DNA of 64,000 nucleotides from an uncultured Acidobacteriota bacterium (GCA_963779465.1 CAVZYH010000004.1:395075-459074); one strand, 5' to 3'; positions 9,060 to 18,406 are shown, counted from the stretch's first letter. The notes: generated by a model from the letters alone, not told the origin. A program made the numbers and translations.

Positions 9060-9541
9060 TGCGATTTCTCCTCTGAATAATTCACAGCAGTCGCCGCACC
9101 GGATGCGCGTCCCATACTCTTCACGTAAGCGATGATTTGCCAGCGCGACGGTTCCGGCATAGCACTCCATGTGGGCATCCCGCGCCGCAAATTGCCGTTA
9201 TACAGCAGCCAGAAAATGTCGCCTGCCGTGGCCTGCTGCTGCACGCGTTCGCTGCGCAGGCTCGGTTTTGTGCCGCGCCCCAACGCGTCCGCGCCATGGC
9301 ACTTCGCGCAGTGATCTCCGAAAAGTTTTGCCCCGCCGGCGATCGCCGCGGTCTGCCCGGCGTACGGATTCACTCTTGTGTGATAGTCGGCCGGAACTTT
9401 CTGCAGCCACGAACCATCCGCCAGCGCCATGCAGAAAACCAGCGCCGTCATACTCAGCGTCACCCGAAACGCCATCCTGCACCGTTGCTCCGCACCCCGC
9501 CAGCGAATCAAAAACTTCTCACTTACGCGTAACCTGCTCAT
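9056..9541 (-). CDS. Class I c-type cytochrome (mono-haem, secreted)
   Basis: CAKCHG haem site and distal GMPTWS...RWQIIAYVKSM. ATG 9541 overlaps the OMP stop (TAATG). An alternative start at ATG 9475 gives a cleaner signal peptide (MAFRVTLSMTALVFCMALA). Confidence 0.85.
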   Translation of the reverse strand: MSRLRVSEKFLIRWRGAEQRCRMAFRVTLSMTALVFCMALADGSWLQKVPADYHTRVNPYAGQTAAIAGGAKLFGDHCAKCHGADALGRGTKPSLRSERVQQQATAGDIFWLLYNGNLRRGMPTWSAMPEPSRWQIIAYVKSMGRASGAATAVNYSEEKSQ

Positions 9542-10449
9542 TAGTTTTTCCGCCGGAACATGTTCCAGACCTGCTGTACTTCATACGAAACCGAAAACCG
9601 GTACAACACATGCGCGCTGTTGTCGTTCAATCCAAATTGCGGCGAGAAAAGAATCGTCGGCCCCCGCGGAATACCAAAACTCACCGTCGGCCCCAGATAT
9701 TGCGAAGTAGCCTTAAAACCGAAACCGTCGGTTGTGCCCAGGCCCCCGTATATTTCCGCGCCCGCCGCGAAATTCTCGCGGCACCAAAAGCAGGACTTGC
9801 CGCGCGAGATCAGGCTCAGCGGCCGGCTCAAACCCAGCGCATAGCCGAATTCCCAAGGTCCGCTTTCGTTCAGATCCTTTTCCGCGATGAAATTCTCGGA
9901 GAAATTCCACCCGTGCGTGTTGGTGGACAAAATCAGCTTCAGTTCCATCTCCCGCTCGATCTCCTGGCGCGCTACGTTGTTCGGTATCACCAGGTCCGCG
10001 ACGGTTTGGTGCCCCGTGATTTCCAGCAGGGCACGGTCTGCGAAGTTGGTGTTCTCGTACTCCACATACAGCACCGGATTGATGAAGTGCTCGCGCAGCA
10101 GCGGCCGGAAGCGGTTTTCCCAACGGAAGCCCGTGAAGATCGTCGAATCGTTCTTCGTCGCCTGCCCATCCAGATAGAACTCCGTGGTCCACCAGCCCTT
10201 CACGCCATACTCGAACTCCAGCGCACTGCCCAGGAACGCGTTTCCGTTGGCGGGCGCAGCCTGCGTGTTCTTCAGCGAAATTTCCAGGTTGCCCGGCTCT
10301 TCCAGTGCGGATGAATAAGTGACGAAGTAAGGCGGCTCTTGCGCCACCGCGCGCGGCAGGAAAGCAAAAAACAGCAAGCAGGAAATCAGAGCGGAACGCC
10401 ACAGAACGTGAGCAGGAACTCCAACGTGATTGGGTGTTGTGCGTATCAT
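9541..10449 (-). CDS. Putative outer-membrane beta-barrel protein (hypothetical)
   Basis: Signal peptide ending AVAQE. Alternating aromatic/polar beta-strand pattern and C-terminal ...YRFSVSYEVQQVW. First gene of the OMP-cytochrome-peroxidase operon. No family recognised. Confidence 0.6.
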   Translation of the reverse strand: MIRTTPNHVGVPAHVLWRSALISCLLFFAFLPRAVAQEPPYFVTYSSALEEPGNLEISLKNTQAAPANGNAFLGSALEFEYGVKGWWTTEFYLDGQATKNDSTIFTGFRWENRFRPLLREHFINPVLYVEYENTNFADRALLEITGHQTVADLVIPNNVARQEIEREMELKLILSTNTHGWNFSENFIAEKDLNESGPWEFGYALGLSRPLSLISRGKSCFWCRENFAAGAEIYGGLGTTDGFGFKATSQYLGPTVSFGIPRGPTILFSPQFGLNDNSAHVLYRFSVSYEVQQVWNMFRRKN

Positions 10450-10528
10450 AAATTTCCCGGCCTAAATTCCAGCTGCAACAAGGTTGCAAGTAGAGGGCAA
10501 CGAAAACCGAACCAGCATCGCCGTCCGT

Positions 10529-10705
10529 CTACTTGAAAAGCAGTAACAACTAGAAACTAACGAAAGCGGGTCGCCTCCGTTATTTTCCTACTTGCAACTG
10601 TCTTACAACTGGAAAACAATCAAACTAGATTGCAATCGCCGCTTCTCCAGTTGCAACTGGCTTACAACTGGAAACAGATTAAACTTCGTCCACTGAATCT
10701 TGTCA
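10529..10705. repeat. Three tandem ~59-bp units; 24-nt core TTGCAACTG(T/G)CTTACAACTGGAAA in units 2 and 3, degenerate in unit 1
   Basis: Cores at 10592-10615 and 10651-10674 are 23/24 identical by hand alignment. Unit 1 starts with the same CTACTTG and keeps ACAACTAGAAA. CAACTG recurs at 11-bp spacing inside each core. Confidence 0.7.
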
Positions 10706-10713
10706 AGGCCGAG

Positions 10714-12267
10714 TTACGACAGTGGAGGCAAACCTACTTCAGCCAGGATTTCTCGGTAACGCGCTTCATCGTGCAGGCTCACCAGCGCCACGTCAATGCG
10801 TATGCTCATCAACGCGGGCTCATGCTCACGGTAAGCAGTCTGTAATTCGTCCAACGCTTCTTGTTTTCGTCCGAGCAACGCATAAGTCCGCGCCAAACTG
10901 TAAGCCGATTCTTTGCCGTCAGCGCGCAGCCGCTGCTGCTCCTTCAACATCGCACTCCACATTCCCTGCGCTCCGCCCCGCGCTAATCCCTTCTCGCCCG
11001 CCGTGACGATGTCCAATTGCCCCTGATCATGCAACAGCGTCGCCGCCTTTCTGCGTTCCCCCAGGTATTGCGGGTATTCCCCCAGCCCGAGATGCACAAC
11101 GGCCAAGTAATTGTGCGGAGAGAGAAAATCCGGCTCGGCCGCCACCAGCTGTTTCAGTAGGTCCGCTGCCTGGCGCGTCTGGCCTGAGTGGAACAGCACC
11201 AATCCCTTGTCCGCTAGTATGGACGTGGAATGGGGGTCCAGCTTCTGCGCTTTTTCAATTTCTTCCAGCGATTCCGAATACCGGCCCAGATGCAGCAAGT
11301 ACGTGCCGTACCAATAATGCGCGTTCACCGAGTTCGGATCCAGCGTCAGCGCCCGCACGAACTCACGCTGCGCTCCGGCCACATCCCACGACCAGTAAAA
11401 ATCCACGAACCCCAGCGCGCTGTGCGCTCCAGAGAGCGAATCGTCCAGCGCGATCGCGCATTTCGCCGCAGCCTCCGCTCGAGGGTAAGCTTCGTTCGGA
11501 GGCATCCGCGAATACTCGCGCAGCAGGTTGTAACAATTTGCCAACCCCACATACGCTTCCGCATACTGCGGATCGCGCACCACCGCCTGCGTAAAATAAT
11601 CCACCGCTTGGTTCAGACTCTCCGGCGTGCGTTTCTGCCAGTAGTAGATCCCTTTCAGGTAAAGTTGTTCCGCCTCCGGCTCAGGAATATGATGCCGCGC
11701 GGTCGTGCCAGCCCCAGCGCTCGTGCCACCCGCTGGGGTCATGGAGTTCGTCGCACTCGTCGCGCCAGCTCGCACCGCGCGGTCCGAACGCGCGCGCCGG
11801 ACCACCGTCACCAGCACTACCGCCGCGACCAGCACCGCCGCAATAAGCGCTACATATCGCCCTGCGGCCTGGGTGCGCTCGCCCGCTAACACGCGATCCG
11901 CGCTCCGTCGGTCTCCGACGTGCCGGTCAACGAACCGCGCGCTCCCATTCATATCGCCGCGCGACAGGCCGTTTGCCTCGACGCTGCTCTCGCCCTCAAT
12001 CTCGGAAGAGGGAACTCCATTCATCGCCCCGGAACTCGCCTCAGCATCATTCTCCGCGTTGATTTTTGCCCCGCTAAGCCACTCCGTCAGCTCGTCGGTG
12101 TAAGCATAAACGTTTGCCCGCCCAGCACCCGGCACACGATGCACCGGCAGCCCGCGCGTCGTCTCCCACCGCTTCACAGTTCGCTCGTCCCGGCCAAAAA
12201 ACGCGCCGATTTCTTTCCACGTATCGAGGCGCCGATTCACCCGAGGGCTTGACTCTGTGGAACCCAT
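10714..12267 (-). CDS. HTH (excisionase/MerR-like) DNA-binding domain - TM - TPR repeat protein, putative regulator
   Basis: N-terminus LDTWKEIGAFFGRDERTVKRWETTRGLPVHRV. One TM helix (YVALIAAVLVAAVVLVTVV). The C-terminal half is TPR-like (YYWQKRTPESLNQAVDYFTQAVVRDPQYAEAYVGLANCY...). Confidence 0.8.
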   Translation of the reverse strand: MGSTESSPRVNRRLDTWKEIGAFFGRDERTVKRWETTRGLPVHRVPGAGRANVYAYTDELTEWLSGAKINAENDAEASSGAMNGVPSSEIEGESSVEANGLSRGDMNGSARFVDRHVGDRRSADRVLAGERTQAAGRYVALIAAVLVAAVVLVTVVRRARSDRAVRAGATSATNSMTPAGGTSAGAGTTARHHIPEPEAEQLYLKGIYYWQKRTPESLNQAVDYFTQAVVRDPQYAEAYVGLANCYNLLREYSRMPPNEAYPRAEAAAKCAIALDDSLSGAHSALGFVDFYWSWDVAGAQREFVRALTLDPNSVNAHYWYGTYLLHLGRYSESLEEIEKAQKLDPHSTSILADKGLVLFHSGQTRQAADLLKQLVAAEPDFLSPHNYLAVVHLGLGEYPQYLGERRKAATLLHDQGQLDIVTAGEKGLARGGAQGMWSAMLKEQQRLRADGKESAYSLARTYALLGRKQEALDELQTAYREHEPALMSIRIDVALVSLHDEARYREILAEVGLPPLS

Positions 12268-12509
12268 ATACCGATTTGTCCTGAATTGTCCTCTGTTACC
12301 GTCCGCGCGGGGACGGCACCGGATAATGATACCTCCGGACAGACGTGTATGTTTAGCGCCTTCCTTTGCGCCGCCCTGCCTCGCATGCCACAGCAGCCCG
12401 CTTTTTGCGCACCAGTACGCGACGCCAGAAAGTATTGAGGCGTCACAAGAATTTATGCCATCCTGATGCTTCGGTTATCGCTCGCTAGTTTTCTGTGAGG
12501 ATTCACCGC

Positions 12510-14027
12510 ATGAAACAAACGTTGTTCGCGTGGTCTCTGATCGCCGGCTTCGCGCTCACCGCATCCGCGCAGCAAACTGCGTCACAAAATCCTCAGCCGG
12601 CCGCCGAAACAATCCAACTGGACGTCCGCGCGGCAGGCCAGCCCTTCCCCCATTTCTGGGAACAAATGTTCGGCTCCGGCCGCGCCATCCTCTCCCTGCG
12701 CCAAAGCTATCGCGACGACCTGCGCGAAGTAAAATCCGCGACGGACCTGAAATACGTCCGCTTCCACGCCATCTTCCACGATGAAGTAGGCGTGTACGAC
12801 GAAGATGCCAGCGGAACAGCAATCTACAATTTTTCCTACGTGGACCAGATCTACGATGGCCTGCTACAAACCGGCGTGCGCCCCTTCGTCGAACTCAGCT
12901 TCATGCCCAAAAAACTCGCCGCCGAACCGAAATATCAGGACTTCTGGTACAAGCCCAACGTCTCGCCCCCCAAGAGTTACGAAAAGTGGGCCGAACTCAT
13001 CCGCCAGTTCGCGCAACACCTCGTGGACCGCTATGGCCTCGACGAAGTCTCGCAATGGTATTTCGAAGTCTGGAACGAACCCAATATCGATTTCTGGGCC
13101 GGCACTCCAAAAGAACAAACCTACTTCCAGCTCTACGACTCCGCCGCCCGCGCGCTAAAACAAGTCAGCCCGCGCCTGCGCATCGGCGGACCCGCCACCG
13201 CGCAAGCCGCCTGGGCCGATCGCTTCATCCAGCAGGCGGTAAAAGAGAATGTCCCGGTAGATTTCGTGTCGACGCACGTCTACGGCAACGATTCCGCCCC
13301 CGACGTTTTCGGCACGCACGAACAAATCCCGCGCACGCAAATGGTCTGCCGCGCCGTGCGCAAAGTTCACGATCAGATTGCCGCTTCCGCTCGCCCCAAT
13401 CTCCCGCTCATCTGGAGCGAATTCAACGCCAGCTACATGAACGAACCAGACGTAACGGACTCCACCTACATGGGCCCTTGGATGGCCGACACCATTCGGC
13501 AGTGCGACGGCTTGGTCAACATGATGAGCTACTGGACATTTTCTGACGTCTTCGAAGAACAAGGTGTCGTGAAGCGTCCCTTCTACGGCGGCTACGGTCT
13601 GATCGCCGAAGACGGCCTGCCCAAGCCCGCGTTCAACGCCTTCAGACTCCTCCATCGTCTGGGCGACACAAGAATCCCCGTAAATGCGGACAACATCATC
13701 GCCACACGCCGCGCCGACGGCACCATCGTGATTGCGCTATGGAATACTCCAGTGGTAGGAGCCGGCGGAGAAGCAAAAGAAGTAGTGCTGCAGCTAAATT
13801 CGCTGTCAGGACATCGCAAGGCAACGATCTACCGCGTAGATGCCGATCATGGCTCGCTGCTCAAAGCCTACGCCTCGATGGGCAGTCCCGCGTATCCCAC
13901 GCCAGCGCAAATTCTCACGCTACGCCAAGCCGCCCAATTGACGAAGCCCGGAACTTCCGCAATCCGGAACGGTCAACTCACGCTGCAGCTCGCGCCAGAC
14001 GCTCTAGCAGTAATTGAGATCCGCTGA
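12510..14027 (+). CDS. Glycoside hydrolase family 39 (beta-xylosidase-like), secreted
   Basis: WYFEVWNEPN acid/base motif and IWSEFN nucleophile-type motif. Signal peptide MKQTLFAWSLIAGFALTASAQ when started at ATG 12510 (the track uses GTG 12495). Confidence 0.9.
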   Translation: MKQTLFAWSLIAGFALTASAQQTASQNPQPAAETIQLDVRAAGQPFPHFWEQMFGSGRAILSLRQSYRDDLREVKSATDLKYVRFHAIFHDEVGVYDEDASGTAIYNFSYVDQIYDGLLQTGVRPFVELSFMPKKLAAEPKYQDFWYKPNVSPPKSYEKWAELIRQFAQHLVDRYGLDEVSQWYFEVWNEPNIDFWAGTPKEQTYFQLYDSAARALKQVSPRLRIGGPATAQAAWADRFIQQAVKENVPVDFVSTHVYGNDSAPDVFGTHEQIPRTQMVCRAVRKVHDQIAASARPNLPLIWSEFNASYMNEPDVTDSTYMGPWMADTIRQCDGLVNMMSYWTFSDVFEEQGVVKRPFYGGYGLIAEDGLPKPAFNAFRLLHRLGDTRIPVNADNIIATRRADGTIVIALWNTPVVGAGGEAKEVVLQLNSLSGHRKATIYRVDADHGSLLKAYASMGSPAYPTPAQILTLRQAAQLTKPGTSAIRNGQLTLQLAPDALAVIEIR

Positions 14028-14058
14028 TTCGCGGTCGCCACGTCAACATCGCCCCACG

Positions 14059-15009
14059 TCACTTCTGTGCATCCACGCCGGCTCCAGGCGGCACCACCGG
14101 ATGATGCCCTAACTCATTTCCCGTAATAATCGCGTTGCGAATCTGCGCGAATATATCCGTCAAAGTATTCGGCGTGTGCGGAATCAAAATCGTATTCGTA
14201 TGATCGTTCGCCGCCACCTCCTTCAAAGTATCGAAATACTGCGTCATCAACACCAGCTGCATCACATCCTGCGGCGTCGAACCCGGCACCGTCTTCGCGA
14301 AGTCCTCTACCGAATCCTTCAGCCCTGCGATGATCGCCTTGGGCTGATTCGCAATCCCCTCGCCCTGTAGCCGTTTCGATTCCGCCTCCGCTTCCGCCTG
14401 CTTCACGAGCAGTAATTTGTTGGTCTCGGCGCGAGACACCGTAGCCTCCCTCTCCCGCTGCGCCGCATTGATGTCGTTCATCGCCGCCTTCACCTTCTGG
14501 TCCGGCACAATGTCCGAAATCAAAACCTTCACGATCGAATACCCATACTCCTTCATCGAAGCGTCCAGGTTGTCCCGCAAATCGCCCGCAATATCCGCCT
14601 GATTCAAAAATGTATCGTCCAATTTCATCTTCGGCACGTGCCCCAGGACCACGTTGTAAACCATGGACTCGATCTGCTTCACCGGATCCGACAATTTATA
14701 GAACGCGGACTCCACGGAATCCGGAATCACCTTGTACTGGATCGACACCGGAATCTGCACGAACACGTTGTCCTGTGTCTTCGTCTCGACTTGCACCTCA
14801 AACTGCTGCACCTTCATGCTCATCCGCTGCACCACCGTCTCTAGAAACGGCGTCTTCCAATTCAGCCCCGGCCCCGCCACCCGCGCGAATTTCCCCAATC
14901 TCTGCACGATCGCCACCTGCGCCGTCTGCACCGTGAAAAACGATCCCAGGAAAATGCTCAGCACGAAAAACGCGATCACCGCGACCAGCAGCATAACCAA
15001 TGTCTCCAC
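14059..15009 (-). CDS. SPFH/Band-7 (stomatin-prohibitin) domain membrane protein
   Basis: N-terminal TM followed by VQTAQVAIVQRLGKFARVAGPGLNWKTPF. Coiled-coil AQREREATVSRAETNKLLLVKQAEAEAESKRL. Confidence 0.9.
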   Translation of the reverse strand: METLVMLLVAVIAFFVLSIFLGSFFTVQTAQVAIVQRLGKFARVAGPGLNWKTPFLETVVQRMSMKVQQFEVQVETKTQDNVFVQIPVSIQYKVIPDSVESAFYKLSDPVKQIESMVYNVVLGHVPKMKLDDTFLNQADIAGDLRDNLDASMKEYGYSIVKVLISDIVPDQKVKAAMNDINAAQREREATVSRAETNKLLLVKQAEAEAESKRLQGEGIANQPKAIIAGLKDSVEDFAKTVPGSTPQDVMQLVLMTQYFDTLKEVAANDHTNTILIPHTPNTLTDIFAQIRNAIITGNELGHHPVVPPGAGVDAQK

Positions 15010-15077
15010 GCGCCATCTCCTTTTGCAATTGCGGCCCTATTCGAGGCCATTGCATCAGCTCGAACCGAACGCTGGCC

Positions 15078-15377
15078 TCACTCCAGCGCATCGCGCAATT
15101 TATAGCGCGCGGCCGCAAAGCTATACGTATTCATGAAAAAATAAATCGGCGTAATCACCAGCGAAATCGTCCCCCACCACCCCTGCACGAAGTTCCGCCA
15201 AGTGAACGCCCAATACGCGCGACTCATGCAGTTCTTGCACAACTCACCCTGCAGCGTGTAAGTATGCCGTAGGAACAGCATCCCCACATTGCGATGAAAG
15301 GATACAGGCGCGACAGACCGCATTTGCTTGCACATCTGGCACAATCGCATGCCGCCGAGAGCTGAGGGCTGGTCCAC
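15078..15377 (-). CDS. Small Cys-pair (CxxC...CxxC) protein with C-terminal membrane hairpin, hypothetical
   Basis: CQMCKQ and CKNC pairs, then WWGTISLVITPIYFFM. Lies 68 bp upstream of the SPFH gene on the same strand. Start uncertain (GTG 15377 or ATG 15350). Confidence 0.5.
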   Translation of the reverse strand: MDQPSALGGMRLCQMCKQMRSVAPVSFHRNVGMLFLRHTYTLQGELCKNCMSRAYWAFTWRNFVQGWWGTISLVITPIYFFMNTYSFAAARYKLRDALE

Positions 15378-15478
15378 AAGTCACCGCCGGGCACCACGTT
15401 TGCGCGGAACATTACCACAAGATGCGCAAACCTATACGTGATTCGTTCCTTAACGAGTCGCGCGTAACCGAGCGCCTC

Positions 15479-16885
15479 TCACGGCCGCGTTCCCGGATTT
15501 TCCGCAATCGGCAAATTAATTTCCCGCACCGGCCGGTCCATCTCACCCGGCGCCGCAGGCAAATCCAATCCATCCGTCACCAGCAATCCCTGCAGCGCCG
15601 CCGCGCTGATCCACACATTTTCCAAGGTATTGATGTAGCTCGTTTCCAATTGCACCAACGTCCGCTGCGCGATCAAAACCTGCGGATAAGCGGCCGCGCC
15701 TTCATGATATTTCACCAGATAAAGCTCGTAAGCCTTCCGGGCGTTTGGCAAAGTCCTGCTCTTATAACGATCCGCAATCGCGCGCGAGCTAGCATAATTC
15801 TGCATGATGGGCGCAGCCATCTGCCGCAGGACCAGCCCCACGCGCTGCACCTCCAATTTCGCGCGCTCGCGGTCCGCATCCGCCGCCGCAATATTTCCCT
15901 GATTACGGTTAAATATCGGTAGGTTCACGCCCGCCTCCGCAAACGCTTCCGAGCCCACCGCTTTCGCCGGCATCACCGCATCGAGCTGCTCGAAACTATA
16001 AGCGTATCCCGCGCGCAAGAATAAATCTGGTATTGATTCGTGCTGCGCGCGCGTGCTTTCCGCCTCCGCCCGCGTAACCCCCAGCTGCGCAATCTTCACC
16101 GCCGGACTATCGCGCAAAATCGTCTGCAAAATCTGCTCCGCGTTCACCTCCGGCAACTTTTCCAGATCGCCCTGCAGGCGCGCCAAAGCCAAATCCGGCT
16201 TGCCCACCACCGCCGCCAGCACGCTCCAAGCCCGCTGCTGCTCTTGCTGCTCGGTAATCACCGCCAAATCATTCTGATCCGCTTCGACATCCGCTTCCAA
16301 CACGTCTGGCTCGTCCGCCTGCCCCACATTAAAAAGTTGCCGCGTAGTTTCAGCAGCATCCTCCGCGATATCGCGGAGCCTCGCGCGCGTCTCCACCATC
16401 GCCTGCATCGCCAGCGATTGGTAAAACGCAATCCGCACGCCGTTTTCCACGCGCAAACGCTGCTCATCTGCTTCCGCCGCCGCCTGCTTGCCCTCCGCAT
16501 CAAAAATTTTCCGATCCAGCCCCAGTTTGCCGCCCAAAATCACGTTCTGTTGTATGAAAGCTCCCTGCTCGCCTCCGCCGTACGATCCTCCACGAATCTC
16601 GTCCCCGCTGTACCCGATCGTCGGATTCGGCCACAGCCCCGCCTGTCGCGAACGCCCCGCCGAAGCACGTACGCCGGCGTTCGCCTGCGCCAGCGTCGGA
16701 TTATTCGCGAGCGCCATCTCCTGCAATTGTTCCAACGTCAGTCCGGCCGCTGCCGCAGGCGCGTCTTGCGCAGGCCGCCGGAGTGCATCGGCAGCAGGAA
16801 CAGTCTGTGCCGCCAGCACAGTCGGCCACACCGCGCCCGCAAAAATGCTCAGCAGCAACAGATTCCAAAATGTCTCGCGTCTCAT
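15479..16885 (-). CDS. TolC/OEP-family outer-membrane efflux protein
   Basis: LTLEQLQEMALANNPTLAQA start of the OEP repeat. Two-fold helical/beta repeat architecture. ATG 16885 has GGGAG 7 nt upstream and gives signal peptide MRRETFWNLLLLSIFAGAVWPTVLAAQ. Lies directly downstream of the multicopper oxidase. Confidence 0.85.
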   Translation of the reverse strand: MRRETFWNLLLLSIFAGAVWPTVLAAQTVPAADALRRPAQDAPAAAAGLTLEQLQEMALANNPTLAQANAGVRASAGRSRQAGLWPNPTIGYSGDEIRGGSYGGGEQGAFIQQNVILGGKLGLDRKIFDAEGKQAAAEADEQRLRVENGVRIAFYQSLAMQAMVETRARLRDIAEDAAETTRQLFNVGQADEPDVLEADVEADQNDLAVITEQQEQQRAWSVLAAVVGKPDLALARLQGDLEKLPEVNAEQILQTILRDSPAVKIAQLGVTRAEAESTRAQHESIPDLFLRAGYAYSFEQLDAVMPAKAVGSEAFAEAGVNLPIFNRNQGNIAAADADRERAKLEVQRVGLVLRQMAAPIMQNYASSRAIADRYKSRTLPNARKAYELYLVKYHEGAAAYPQVLIAQRTLVQLETSYINTLENVWISAAALQGLLVTDGLDLPAAPGEMDRPVREINLPIAENPGTRP

Positions 16886-16924
16886 CACAAATCTCCCGTA
16901 AGCCGTTTTCACCACGCGCCCCGT

Positions 16925-18406
16925 CTAACGCTTCTCGCTCGGACCGTTCATCCCCGGCATCGCAGCCCCGCCATTCTTCCGCCGCTCCTCGCACAATCGC
17001 ACAATCTCGTCGTAGCGTTCACTCGGCAGCACGCGAATCAAGGTCATCATCCCCTGCATGTACCCGCTCCACCCCGGACGCAATCCAAAAGTCTCCGGCT
17101 TCTCCACCATCGCGTCCATCGCCATCGCCGGACTCTCCATAAACGCATCCTGAGGAAATCCCGGCACCGAATTTGCATCCTTACTAACGTCCGCCCGCCC
17201 CATTTGCATCCCCGGCATCCCGAGCGCCGGCGCCTGCGAAGAACGCGACGACTGTACTGACGATTGCGCCGACATCGCCCCATTCACAACCGGCTGCGCC
17301 ATCGTCGAGCCAACGCCCATTCCGCGCCCCACACTCGGCCCATTTTCCGCAGCCGTAGCCGCACCTCCACTCATCATCCCCATGCCTTGCTCCATCCCCG
17401 CGCCCGCCGGCATCCCCGCGCGCCGCGTCATTGGCCCCGCCATGGACGACATCTGATTCATCATGTGATGTGGCATGTGGCAATGAATCATCCAATCCCC
17501 CGGATTCGTCGCCACAAATTCCACGTTCCGCGACTGCGCCACTCCCACCAGCACCGTATTGTTCGGCCCCCAACCAGCCCGCGGCTGCCGCCCACCCTCC
17601 GTGCCCGTAATCACAAACTGGTGCCCGTGCATGTGAATCGGATGATGATCCATACCCAAGTTAATAAATCTCAGTCGCACGCGATCCCCCAACCGCACAA
17701 TCAAAGGAGTATTCGCCGGCCCCGATTTTCCATTCAAGGTCAGCCAGTTAAATTCCATGCTCATGGAATTCGGCGTCGGATTGTTGGGCAGCACCGCATA
17801 CTCCTGCAAAATGATCGCGAAATCCTTCTCCGCCGGAGGATCGTAAGCCTCCGCCGGATGCATGATGAACGCCCCAATCATTCCCATCATTTCCTGCATC
17901 GCCATGTGCGAGTGATAGAACAAGGTTCCTTCCTGCTGCAGCGTGAATTCGTAAACGTACCGCCCGCCCGGCGAAATCGCGTCCTGCGAAAGTCCCGGCC
18001 CGCCATCCATACCAAACGGAATGTCGAAGCCGTGCCAGTGCATCGAAGTCGGCTCCGGCAAACGATTGTCCACGATGATCCGCACGCGCTCGCCGTGCCG
18101 CGCCTGGATCGTCGGCCCCGGCGCGCTGCCGTTGTACCCCCACAGATTCAATATTTTCCCGGGATAAATTTCCTGCTTCACTGGCTCCGCCACCAGATGA
18201 AACACCTTTACCCCGCCATCCATCTCAAATGCCAAATCCGGCACATCCGGAGTAACCACCGCGCGGTATGCGTCACCAGCGCCAGCAGACCCGCGACGTT
18301 TTTCTGCATCAACGTGCGCCCGCGCTTCTGCCGTATCGCCGGAAGCCAAAGCTCCCGCCCCGATCGCCACAGCCCCCTGCAAGAAATCCCTGCGCGTGTG
18401 CCGCAT
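16925..18406 (-). CDS. Multicopper oxidase (CopA/CueO-like), TAT-exported, with Met-rich insert
   Basis: RRDFLQ twin-arginine signal. Copper ligand motifs HWHG, HPIHMHGH, HCHMPHH. Met/Gly-rich stretch MPAGAGMEQGMGMMSGG...GMPGMQMG. Confidence 0.95.
   Translation of the reverse strand: MRHTRRDFLQGAVAIGAGALASGDTAEARAHVDAEKRRGSAGAGDAYRAVVTPDVPDLAFEMDGGVKVFHLVAEPVKQEIYPGKILNLWGYNGSAPGPTIQARHGERVRIIVDNRLPEPTSMHWHGFDIPFGMDGGPGLSQDAISPGGRYVYEFTLQQEGTLFYHSHMAMQEMMGMIGAFIMHPAEAYDPPAEKDFAIILQEYAVLPNNPTPNSMSMEFNWLTLNGKSGPANTPLIVRLGDRVRLRFINLGMDHHPIHMHGHQFVITGTEGGRQPRAGWGPNNTVLVGVAQSRNVEFVATNPGDWMIHCHMPHHMMNQMSSMAGPMTRRAGMPAGAGMEQGMGMMSGGAATAAENGPSVGRGMGVGSTMAQPVVNGAMSAQSSVQSSRSSQAPALGMPGMQMGRADVSKDANSVPGFPQDAFMESPAMAMDAMVEKPETFGLRPGWSGYMQGMMTLIRVLPSERYDEIVRLCEERRKNGGAAMPGMNGPSEKR

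Noticed and set aside
10529-10705. CRISPR array or sigma-54 promoter interpretation of the 59-bp tandem units
   Set aside because: The units are contiguous with no unique spacers, there are only three, one is degenerate, and there are no cas genes. No GG-N10-GC (-24/-12) element with correct spacing is present on either strand.
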